Below, piece after piece: positions 18,196 to 27,175 of a stretch of DNA of 64,000 nt (position 1 is the stretch's first letter; every line of letters starts with the position of its first letter). The DNA comes from a virus, in the IMG/VR virus record IMGVR_UViG_3300002144_000620, positions 32,001 to 96,000 of that record; one strand, 5' to 3'. Both the position numbers and the translations under genes were made by a program. Below the pieces are notes generated by a model. That model was not told where the DNA came from, did no database searches, and saw only the letters and a program-made list of their open reading frames with translations.

Positions 18196-19286
18196 TATAT
18201 TATTTTAATTGGTACTGGGAAGGCTCTATATTTAAGCGCTTTATTAATTTCTTCGGCTTCAGATGACATTCTTTTTAACATTTCTAATGGGTTAAATCTA
18301 ATCATTCTATCCTCTAACTCTTTTTTAAGTGTAACCATTTCATCTTTACCTTCTGATAATAACGATTGATATTCCATTTCCATCGCAGCGTCTGGTACTG
18401 GTATTTTACCACCAAAAGTACCTCTTACTCTTCCTAAAGTCTCTTTACATAAAGCAACAAAATATCTTCTAATCCATATTTTAGCTGGGTCATTTAAATC
18501 ATCGAAATCAATGTTATCCAAAGGTACGTCCATTGGTGACTTAATAATGTCTTTATTTTTAGCTAAACAATCATCTTTTGTTTCTGGATTAATATCGTAA
18601 TACCAATACCAGCATTTACCAGCATCCATCATTGAACCTCTAAAATCAAATCTACCTCCAGGTGTGTTCATTAAGTGAACGTATTTTTTGCCGTCAGGTG
18701 CGTTTGTTATTTTATAAATTAATTCTGAACGAATCATTCTATTTTTAAGATTTCTATCCGTTGTTCTCATTAAAATATCAAAAGCTGGTAGTATGTAATA
18801 ACTACCTAAACCCATATATTCAGCACCAAATTGGTTATTCCATACACCTAAAAAGGGATCTATGACAGATTGGTCTAATGAAGCTGGTGTAAACCATAAA
18901 ACTTCATTTATTTCTCTATTAGCTGGTAATTCGTACATCTGCTGACCTTTAGATAATTCGAAGTAATCTTTTTTCATTACATAACCCCCTTCACCAGCAC
19001 CTAACCCAACTATTTTTGAGTAAGAGTATGTGTATTGTGTAACTAAGTCAAATGTTCTGTATAAAAAAGCTCTTGTTAGATCAGCTTCATTAACATTTAA
19101 ACCAACTAAGCTAGGCCATTGATGTTCAATTAACCAGTTATGGATAAATTCAACATAATCTTCTGTAGCTAGTTCCAGTAGTGAATCTAATTGCTCATTT
19201 TCTAATTGGATTTTTCTAATTGGAGCACCAAGCCTGTGTTTGGCTTGTTTGTAAATTTTTTCTTTTTCAACTGGGTTTATTCTCAT
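18195..19286 (-). CDS. Neck protein / head-tail adaptor (T4 gp13-like)
   Basis: N-terminal HRLGAPIRKIQLENEQLD; WIRRYFVALCKETLGRVRG.F..IPVP. Confidence 0.8.
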   Translation of the reverse strand: MRINPVEKEKIYKQAKHRLGAPIRKIQLENEQLDSLLELATEDYVEFIHNWLIEHQWPSLVGLNVNEADLTRAFLYRTFDLVTQYTYSYSKIVGLGAGEGGYVMKKDYFELSKGQQMYELPANREINEVLWFTPASLDQSVIDPFLGVWNNQFGAEYMGLGSYYILPAFDILMRTTDRNLKNRMIRSELIYKITNAPDGKKYVHLMNTPGGRFDFRGSMMDAGKCWYWYYDINPETKDDCLAKNKDIIKSPMDVPLDNIDFDDLNDPAKIWIRRYFVALCKETLGRVRGTFGGKIPVPDAAMEMEYQSLLSEGKDEMVTLKKELEDRMIRFNPLEMLKRMSSEAEEINKALKYRAFPVPIKII

Positions 19287-19374
19287 CTCTTAGGTATTTA
19301 TGATAAATAGTTAGATATAGGTAAAAAACACCTTATTTGGGTTTATATACCTATATAATAAATTTAAAAATATT

Positions 19375-20802
19375 ATGGGTAGACCAATAAAATATAGTAC
19401 AACTAAACTAACAGGAGCTTTAAAGAAAAGTAATTTACTTATTGGTGTCGATAAAGATGATTACGACCTTACTTGGTATAATAGTATTTCACCAACCTAT
19501 GGTTATTATGTTGTTTACGAAGCGGTACTGAGTGGTCCACCTCGTATGTATGTACCACAAAACGCTAGTGAATTAATTCGTTTGGTTGTTGATAAAGGAG
19601 GTATATCTGTTTCAACCGAAGCAGATGCTTTAGAATGGTTAGTTGGTAATGGTTATGTTATTGGTGGTAATTTTAATCATATAGTTACCGATGGTTTAGT
19701 TTTAAACTTAAATGCATCTGAGGTGTCTTCATACCCAAAACGTGGTAATATATGGTATGATTTAAGTGGTAATGATAAAAACGGCACATTAATAAACGGT
19801 ACATCGTTTAACCCTAACGGTTTTTTGGTTTTTGATGCCTCTAACGATAGAGTGACTACCAGTCAAGGTGATTTAGGTGATAACGCTAGTTATTCTGTTT
19901 CACTAAAATCATATGGTAGGGCAAATGCGTATAATATGTATATGGGTCAATATCTTCCGTATATGGGTGTTTATGAGGGTGATCGAATTGTTTATTCGGA
20001 TCGTATTAATAATGTTCAAACTTGGTTTACTACAGCGTCTGGAACCATAACAACCAATAAATTACATAATATAGTTTGTACAAGGGTTTATAATGGTTCG
20101 ACAGGTACTGACATGAAGATATATATCGATGGGGTAGAGTCGGCCTCAATTTTTAGTGTTGGTAGAAAAACTACGTTTAATGCACCTGATACAATTACAG
20201 TGGGTGATGGTGCCGCTTTTACTTGGTATCCATTTTATGGTGAAATAGTTTCAGCTCAAGTGTATAATAAAGCTTTAACTAATCAAGAAATATTAAGGAA
20301 TTTTATTGGTGAGGAGAATTTTGAGATTGATGGGGATTACCTTAAAGTTTTTAGACATTATTCTGGTACGGGTGATTTTTTTTCAAATAATAATTCTTGG
20401 GAACAAGCGAAAAGGTCAAACCCAGAAAACCCGCAAGCAAATAAATATTCTATTTTAGATAGGGTTTCTGATTTCTTAATAGATGATAAATATACATTTA
20501 AATTAAATTACCCTCAATTAGGTGTTACAAATATATGGTCACAAACAAATAACCCAGTAACTGGTAATGGTTCTGGTGGTGTTAACGGTTATGTTGATAT
20601 ATCGATTGGGTTATCGAGTAACGGTTGGGGAGGGCTGGAAAGATATGATGTTCAAACATCAACTTTTTTAGATGGTACATTAACACCTCAATCTAACTGG
20701 TATTATGCTGTTGGTGTTAAAGATTATTGGGGGGGAGCTACTACTTTCCCTGGACCTAATTCGGCAGTAAATACAGTTGAGCTTTGGGTAAAGTACAAAT
20801 AA
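19375..20802 (+). CDS. LamG/ConA-like plus fibrinogen-C-like domain protein (adhesin or decoration)
   Basis: IVTDGLVLNLNAS..SYP..WYDLSGN..IYIDG..YNKALT..EI LamG module; C-terminal KYSIL..WSQTNNP..WGGL..WYYAVG..VELWVK. Confidence 0.75.
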   Translation: MGRPIKYSTTKLTGALKKSNLLIGVDKDDYDLTWYNSISPTYGYYVVYEAVLSGPPRMYVPQNASELIRLVVDKGGISVSTEADALEWLVGNGYVIGGNFNHIVTDGLVLNLNASEVSSYPKRGNIWYDLSGNDKNGTLINGTSFNPNGFLVFDASNDRVTTSQGDLGDNASYSVSLKSYGRANAYNMYMGQYLPYMGVYEGDRIVYSDRINNVQTWFTTASGTITTNKLHNIVCTRVYNGSTGTDMKIYIDGVESASIFSVGRKTTFNAPDTITVGDGAAFTWYPFYGEIVSAQVYNKALTNQEILRNFIGEENFEIDGDYLKVFRHYSGTGDFFSNNNSWEQAKRSNPENPQANKYSILDRVSDFLIDDKYTFKLNYPQLGVTNIWSQTNNPVTGNGSGGVNGYVDISIGLSSNGWGGLERYDVQTSTFLDGTLTPQSNWYYAVGVKDYWGGATTFPGPNSAVNTVELWVKYK

Positions 20803-20822
20803 AAAGATAGTAATTAATTGAT

Positions 20823-22403
20823 ATGGGAAGACCAATAAAATATAGTACAACTAAACTAACAGGGACTTTAAAGAAGGGTAATTTGATTGTTGGTATGGAT
20901 AAAGATAATTACGACCTTACTTGGTATAACAGTATTTCACCAACTCATGGTTATTATGTTGTTTATGAAGCTGTACCAGGTGGTTCTCCACGTATGTATG
21001 TACCGCAAAACGCTAGTGAATTAATTCGTTTGGCTGTTGATAAAGGGGGGGTAGCGGTTTCAACCGAAGCAGATGCTTTAGAATGGTTAGTTAGTAATGG
21101 TTATACAACTAAAGATAAGAATCTAGACATTAATATAACCGATGGTTTAGTTTTGTATTATAACCCATCTGACGTATCATCTTACCCTGGTAAAGGTAGT
21201 GTTATATACGATTTAAGTGGTAACGGTAATAACGGTAGTTTATATAATGGTGTTACCATGTCTTCTGGTTTAATTAATTTAGATGGTATTAACGATTATA
21301 TACGTATACCTTTTAATTCTAGCATGTCTGGTTGGAATAGTGGTCAAACTATATTAATGTGGTTAAAACATAATATTTCTAGTGGTAGGCGTAATCCGTG
21401 GAATCAAGCTTATGGTGGTTATGGTACATGGACTCATGAACAAGGTAGTGATATATCACAATATTTTGGTGATGCTGGTGCTAACGCCTCGCCTTATATA
21501 GGTGTTAGCTCACCTACAATACCTAAAAATACGTGGAATTTAGTTGCCACTACACGAGATACTTCAACCCATAGTTGGTACTTAAACGGAAACTTAAGTA
21601 GTTCTAGGGGGCATTCTTATGGAGTTTTAACCACAGACACTAACCAAGTTCTTATTGGTTATGGTTATGCTGGTTATTGGCAAGGTCAAATGGGTCCTAT
21701 TACAGCTTATGATAGAGCTTTAACACAGGGTGAGATAAAATCTGTATGGTTTAATGGTGATATAGTTACTGATGGTTTAGTATTCGCTATAGACTCCGAT
21801 AATTTAGGTTCTTACGAAAAAGATTCTTTAACAACAAGTTCACTAATAGGTTCTTCCGCTGGTACCCTAACTAACGGTGTTGGGTTTAATGGTGGTGCTT
21901 GGACATTTGATGGTACTAATGATTATATTTCTTTCCCCGATAATACCGATTTAAATAGCCAATCTATTACTATGGAAAGTTGGAGTAAGTTAGATACTGT
22001 TTTTCAAAATGCATTTTTATTTGAAAAGGGTGTAGTAAACACACAGTATAGTAACTTCTATAATGGTAATGGTACTTTTTACTTTAGAACAATAGGATTA
22101 AGTTCTCATGATTTAACATTCTATTACCCTTCTTATGTAACTACTAGTACTTGGAACCATATTGTATGTACATATGCTTCTGGTATTAAAACTATATATT
22201 ATAACGGAGTTGTAGTAGCTCAAGCAACTGGGATAACAGGTACAATTTCTACAAATACCCAAATGTATATAGGGGCGTATGGGAGGGGATCCAGTTACTT
22301 TATGAACGGAAACATAGCGGTTTCTAGAGTGTATAATAAAGCGCTAACATCATCAGAAGTAACTCAAAATTATAATGCACAAAAATATAGATTTACTAAT
22401 TAA
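20823..22403 (+). CDS. Tandem LamG/ConA-like domain protein; paralog of the upstream gene
   Basis: Two TDGLV...ALT..E modules; first ~94 aa closely similar to 19375..20802. Confidence 0.8.
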   Translation: MGRPIKYSTTKLTGTLKKGNLIVGMDKDNYDLTWYNSISPTHGYYVVYEAVPGGSPRMYVPQNASELIRLAVDKGGVAVSTEADALEWLVSNGYTTKDKNLDINITDGLVLYYNPSDVSSYPGKGSVIYDLSGNGNNGSLYNGVTMSSGLINLDGINDYIRIPFNSSMSGWNSGQTILMWLKHNISSGRRNPWNQAYGGYGTWTHEQGSDISQYFGDAGANASPYIGVSSPTIPKNTWNLVATTRDTSTHSWYLNGNLSSSRGHSYGVLTTDTNQVLIGYGYAGYWQGQMGPITAYDRALTQGEIKSVWFNGDIVTDGLVFAIDSDNLGSYEKDSLTTSSLIGSSAGTLTNGVGFNGGAWTFDGTNDYISFPDNTDLNSQSITMESWSKLDTVFQNAFLFEKGVVNTQYSNFYNGNGTFYFRTIGLSSHDLTFYYPSYVTTSTWNHIVCTYASGIKTIYYNGVVVAQATGITGTISTNTQMYIGAYGRGSSYFMNGNIAVSRVYNKALTSSEVTQNYNAQKYRFTN

Positions 22404-22463
22404 TAGGTATTGAGAATAATTAGTTAAAAAGTAATTAATAATAAAAAACAAGTATTTATAAAC

Positions 22464-22724
22464 ATGGAAAGGGAATATGTGATTTTTAATGTATCTGAGT
22501 TAAGTAAGATTGACTTTTCTCAGGTATTAGAAACTTCAGCAGATACAGTTAGAAAATCTGTTGATGAAACTAAAACATTTGTAAAATGGGATGGTGATTT
22601 AAACGGACAAAATGTTCCAGTTTGCGTTCAAGGTCTTACAACTAAAGAGGGTCCTTATACGCATTCAGAAATAGTGAGTATACTGTCAACAAATGTGTGG
22701 ACAGATAATACTATAACACCTTAA
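22464..22724 (+). CDS. Small protein of a type often found next to phage LamG genes
   Basis: 86-aa ORF IDFSQVLETSADTVRKSVD..KTFVKW..EGPYTHSEI; TATTTATA 3 nt upstream. Confidence 0.7.
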   Translation: MEREYVIFNVSELSKIDFSQVLETSADTVRKSVDETKTFVKWDGDLNGQNVPVCVQGLTTKEGPYTHSEIVSILSTNVWTDNTITP

Positions 22725-22732
22725 TAAAGAAA

Positions 22733-23899
22733 ATGAGTAATAATAGTATAGAAGAATCTTTAAATAGATTAAAAGAATTATATAGTTATAGATTAAATGA
22801 ATCTAATAACATTAACGAGGTTGATTGGGATAATCAGTTTAGTGATGTTAAGAAAACTTGTATGGCACCAGAAGTGGTTGTTAAAATGCTTAATGATCAA
22901 TTAACCAGATTAAACTCTGACGGTGATAGAGCAAAGATAGATGCGAATACACCTATATTTAGTAGAGGTAATATACCTCTCAAGGATGGTGATGTTGATG
23001 TTGAACACTTTATTAAAGAAATTACCGCTAAACCTAAAATGATTTTCGATAGGAACCCTAAGATGGAAAAGGGTGATCAAGGTGGTTTACAGTACACTGT
23101 TAACACTGGTTTACCAGCTTTAAGGAGTATATTGTATGATAAAGAGGGTAATGAGTTTTATACCATAAACACTTGTCCTGGGGCTGGCGCTTGTGCTGTA
23201 AATTGTTATGCTAGAAAAGGTTTTTATATCATGAATGACGGTAAAAACTTAAAATATACACAAAGATTAAATTTATTACTTAATGATCCTGAAGAGTATG
23301 AAAATATTATTATGGACGAATTGGATCCTTTGGCTTATAAAATTAAAAGAGAATCTAGGGGGTTAGGTGAAGATATAAAATTAGTAATAAGATGGAATGA
23401 TGCTGGTGATTTCTTTGCTAAGAAGTATTATGATATAGCTAGAAGTGTAACGAGTCAATTAATTAAGGCTGGATTTAATGTTGAATCCTATGCTTATACA
23501 AAAATGGGTGATATAGCTAATATTGCTGATGACAATTTTATAATGAATTTTTCTGATGACGCTAATAAAAGAGAAACTGAAAAGGTTGATACGGATTCAG
23601 TTAAAGTTTCTAAAATAGTACCAAAGAGTTTGTTTAAAGATATCTTTATTAAAAAGGGACCGCATTATGTTAAAGATGAAAAAGGTAAAGCTACGTTTAA
23701 AGATGGTGGTGACCAAGAATTAAAAAGATTGGTAAGTTCTGAGTATAACGTACCTTACGACTCATTAGTTTATACTAGCGAATTACCATCAACACAGGGT
23801 GAACCATTAAAGTATAACGTCATTGTTTTACCAACTGGTGATAGTGATGTTGGTGCACAAAGAAGGGATGTAAAAATTAGTTTTCTTTGTGAACACTAA
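22733..23899 (+). CDS. Gp88-like (radical-SAM-related) Fe-S protein with an N-terminal extension
   Basis: TCPGAGACAVNCYARKG (Cx5Cx3C), IRWNDAGDF, YAYTK. Confidence 0.75.
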   Translation: MSNNSIEESLNRLKELYSYRLNESNNINEVDWDNQFSDVKKTCMAPEVVVKMLNDQLTRLNSDGDRAKIDANTPIFSRGNIPLKDGDVDVEHFIKEITAKPKMIFDRNPKMEKGDQGGLQYTVNTGLPALRSILYDKEGNEFYTINTCPGAGACAVNCYARKGFYIMNDGKNLKYTQRLNLLLNDPEEYENIIMDELDPLAYKIKRESRGLGEDIKLVIRWNDAGDFFAKKYYDIARSVTSQLIKAGFNVESYAYTKMGDIANIADDNFIMNFSDDANKRETEKVDTDSVKVSKIVPKSLFKDIFIKKGPHYVKDEKGKATFKDGGDQELKRLVSSEYNVPYDSLVYTSELPSTQGEPLKYNVIVLPTGDSDVGAQRRDVKISFLCEH

Positions 23900-25674
23900 C
23901 GTTTTAAACTTTTAATAACTTCTTTACTAACCGATATATCATCTTCTTTAGGTGAATCACCCATTATTGTAGCTATAATTTTCATTTTAGCTTGTAGCGC
24001 TTTATACATTATAATATCTAGAGTATCCGTAAACAATGGGTAAATGATATGTACTTTATTTTGTTGTCCTATTCTGTGTGCTCTGTCTTCGGCCTGCATG
24101 TGATTAGCTGGTGTCCAATCTAAATCATTGAATATAACAACGCTACCTTCTGTTAGTGTTAAACCAACACCAGCAGCAACAATGTTACCTAAAAATACTT
24201 TAACGCTATCGTTATTCTGAAATCTTTCTACAGCATTTTGTCTATTTACACTTGAAACAGATCCATCTATAACAACAGCTTTACTACCAAAATGTGCTTG
24301 AAATTCTTTAATTGTGTTAGTAAAACAACTGAATATAATAACTTTTTGACCATTCTCAATCATTTCTTCAGCCATTTCAATCGTACTTTGTATTTTATCG
24401 TAAGATAGTAATTGTCTAACTTTTATTAATTTAGTTAGGTGATCAGTAATGCTAGGTTTTTCACCGTTAGATTCCATTTCACTTAACCAATCATTATATT
24501 CCTCCATATATGCGTTATAGCTTTTTGAGAATTCTAGTGGTAAGTAAACTGGTTTAATTGTTTTTTGTGGTAAATCAATAGAATCGCTTTTAGTTCTTCT
24601 TAATATAACATCGGATGAAAATTCATTTAATTCTTCTAGGTTAGATGAACCTGAGCATATCCAGAATTTTTTTGTTGTACCTTTTCTGTTTAACTGTTTA
24701 CCAGCGCAATATCTTTTAACGTAACCAACCCAGTTATCAGCAACTGGTGAATTACATAGGTAAAGTAAGTTGTAAAAATCTATAGGTTTATTTGTTATTG
24801 GTGTACCTGTAAGTAACCACCTTACTGGTATTTTCATAGCAAAATCATTAAATATCTTAGTTCTATTTGAGGCTGAGTTTTTTAAATAATGAGCTTCGTC
24901 AGCAATAACTAAATCAAATTTATAATAATCTATTGGTGATACTGGTAAATCTTCTGTATTAACACCTCTTCTAGGTAGGTGGTGAAAATTCTTTAAGATA
25001 TCGTAATTAACTATAGTCCATTTTTTAGCGGTAAAATTATTACCATCAACAATACTTACGTTGTCAACAGAATCGTAATTCGATATTTCAATTTTCCAAT
25101 TTAATTTTAAAGATGCTGGGCATACAATTAGAATTCTTTCAAAACCACCTTCAACAGCCGCTATTATTGCCGAAGTTGTTTTACCCAAACCCATTTCATC
25201 TGCTAAGATAAATTTGTCATTACTTAATAATTTTTTAATAGCAACAACTTGATGTGGTTTTGGGTCTCTTTCGTATTTAGTTGGATCTATTTCTGGTTCT
25301 GGTTTGTTAGCTTTTATACAGGACTTAGATAGGTAGAATGTATAAAATTTATCACAACCTTCCTCAAAGCAACCGTGAATATGTAACATATCATCTTTAC
25401 GACTTAATAATTTTTTTATGAAAACTTTATCGGGAAAGAAATCTAACTTTAATTGTTCAGTAACAAAATTCCTACATGACGCACTTATGTCAAATAATTT
25501 ATTAACAACAACTGGTTCAACATACCCATTTCTTAGAATGTAACTACATTGGTTTTTTGTTGGTATGAACCTTTTATTACGTGAGTATTCGTTTTTTATA
25601 TTTAGTATATGGTCGTTGGTGCCATTATAAACTTTAAGTATATCTAACGCTCTTTTTTCTATCGGTAATTGCAT
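23896..25674 (-). CDS. SNF2/SWI2-family helicase (SMARCAL1-like)
   Basis: LADEMGLGKT, VCPASLK.NW, DEAH, LTGTP, GVGLTLT, QAEDRAHRIGQ. Confidence 0.95.
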   Translation of the reverse strand: MQLPIEKRALDILKVYNGTNDHILNIKNEYSRNKRFIPTKNQCSYILRNGYVEPVVVNKLFDISASCRNFVTEQLKLDFFPDKVFIKKLLSRKDDMLHIHGCFEEGCDKFYTFYLSKSCIKANKPEPEIDPTKYERDPKPHQVVAIKKLLSNDKFILADEMGLGKTTSAIIAAVEGGFERILIVCPASLKLNWKIEISNYDSVDNVSIVDGNNFTAKKWTIVNYDILKNFHHLPRRGVNTEDLPVSPIDYYKFDLVIADEAHYLKNSASNRTKIFNDFAMKIPVRWLLTGTPITNKPIDFYNLLYLCNSPVADNWVGYVKRYCAGKQLNRKGTTKKFWICSGSSNLEELNEFSSDVILRRTKSDSIDLPQKTIKPVYLPLEFSKSYNAYMEEYNDWLSEMESNGEKPSITDHLTKLIKVRQLLSYDKIQSTIEMAEEMIENGQKVIIFSCFTNTIKEFQAHFGSKAVVIDGSVSSVNRQNAVERFQNNDSVKVFLGNIVAAGVGLTLTEGSVVIFNDLDWTPANHMQAEDRAHRIGQQNKVHIIYPLFTDTLDIIMYKALQAKMKIIATIMGDSPKEDDISVSKEVIKSLKR

Positions 25675-25711
25675 AATGCGAATCCTTATTGTAGGTAATT
25701 CATTATTTTAA

Positions 25712-25742
25712 TAAAATTAAGATATTTTAATAGCAAAGTCAA
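25712..25742 (-). promoter_or_regulatory. Probable host-type promoter for the helicase
   Basis: TTG (25742-25740), 20 nt, TAATTTTA (one mismatch to TAnnTTTG). Confidence 0.5.
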
Positions 25743-25779
25743 TTCATTAATATATTAAACTATTTATATATAAATTATA

Positions 25780-26301
25780 ATGGAGAGGAAAACTAGAATA
25801 CCCAACACTAGACTGAACAAATTTTACGATGAAGATGATTTCAGATTAGAATTAGATATGGCGACAGATCTAATAGAGGGTGACATGAATTTCACTATAG
25901 TTTTATTTAGAATTGATCGGGTTAATACTCAAGTTGATGATGTTTATTGGGAAAGTAATACTTCAGATATTAGATTTAAAGCTCCTGTTGAGCTTAAAGT
26001 TATACTCAATTTGTCTAGTAGTGAGACTAAATCATACTCACCTAATGGTAATATGATGTATAAAGAATATGGTAATTTAGAGTTTACCGTTTTAAAGAAG
26101 CAGCTTGAAGAAAAAGGTGTTGATATTAGTTACGGTGATATGGTGGGTTATTCGGATTATGAAGATAATTTTAAGTATTTTAATGTCTTTGATGATGGTA
26201 GAATTAATAGTGATAACCCTAGTACACATTTTGGTTATAAAGGTTACTTCAGAAAAATAAAATGTACAAATGTTGACCCTAACATTTTTAACGGAAAATA
26301 A
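25780..26301 (+). CDS. Head closure/neck protein (T4 gp14-like)
   Basis: DDVYWES..F..PVEL..GD pattern; position before tail completion and sheath. Confidence 0.6.
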   Translation: MERKTRIPNTRLNKFYDEDDFRLELDMATDLIEGDMNFTIVLFRIDRVNTQVDDVYWESNTSDIRFKAPVELKVILNLSSSETKSYSPNGNMMYKEYGNLEFTVLKKQLEEKGVDISYGDMVGYSDYEDNFKYFNVFDDGRINSDNPSTHFGYKGYFRKIKCTNVDPNIFNGK

Positions 26302-26303
26302 AT

Positions 26304-27071
26304 ATGGCATTACCTGGTTCATTTAAAAAGAAAATTAACATAACAAAAGATCGTGCTAATATTTCATACCCGTACTCTATGCAAAGTGGTGCGGCCGAAA
26401 ATATGAAGGATATGATTATTGATAAAGACACTTATCTACCTAAAGGTGTATTACATATAGATTTAGATAGGGGTTTTAAAGAGTTTGTTAATAACGAATT
26501 GTCATTATCGCTTGATGGTGATAAAGTACCTGTTTTTATGATGGGTATTCAGGCTTGGAATGAGTTTTCACAAACATGGAAATTCTCTGATGAATATAAG
26601 AACGTTAAGATACCTTTTGTAAATATAGTTAGGAGTCCAGACACGAGGTACGGAACTAACCCATCAATGAGATACAATATTCCAACTGGTAAACATTATA
26701 CTTATTCTGAGGTACCAACTTGGGATGGTAATAATAAAGGTGTTGATATATATCAAATACCACAACCCATACCTATTGATATAATGTATTCGGTTAGAAT
26801 ATTTGCTTATAGACAACAGGAATTAAATAAATTTAACGCTAAAGTACTTAAGAATTTTCAAAGTAGGCAAGCTTACACGGTTGTTAATGGACATTATATA
26901 CCAATAGTTCTTGAAGATACTTCTGATGAGAGTCAAGTAACTGATTTAACTAACAAAAGATTTTATGTACAGTTATATACATTTAATTTACAAGGTTTTA
27001 TATTAGACCCTGACGACTTTATTGTAACTCCGTCAGTTAGTAGAACTTTAACTATAACAGAAAGTAGGTAA
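26304..27071 (+). CDS. Tail completion/terminator protein (T4 gp15-like)
   Basis: VPVFM..W..P.I.I.R..PQPIPIDIMYSV; directly upstream of the sheath. Confidence 0.65.
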   Translation: MALPGSFKKKINITKDRANISYPYSMQSGAAENMKDMIIDKDTYLPKGVLHIDLDRGFKEFVNNELSLSLDGDKVPVFMMGIQAWNEFSQTWKFSDEYKNVKIPFVNIVRSPDTRYGTNPSMRYNIPTGKHYTYSEVPTWDGNNKGVDIYQIPQPIPIDIMYSVRIFAYRQQELNKFNAKVLKNFQSRQAYTVVNGHYIPIVLEDTSDESQVTDLTNKRFYVQLYTFNLQGFILDPDDFIVTPSVSRTLTITESR

Positions 27072-27175
27072 AAATAAATAAACTTTTTTTAAAATGAACC
27101 TACTTTAAGGTTTTTTGGTAAAAAGTTTAATATTTATCAATAAGTAAAATTAAATTATAAATAAAATTAAAAGAT

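Noticed and set aside
19375-22403. Diversity-generating retroelement acting on the lectin genes or on the 2-kb duplication
   Set aside because: No reverse transcriptase in the window; differences between copies are not adenine-specific and, in the duplication, are silent.
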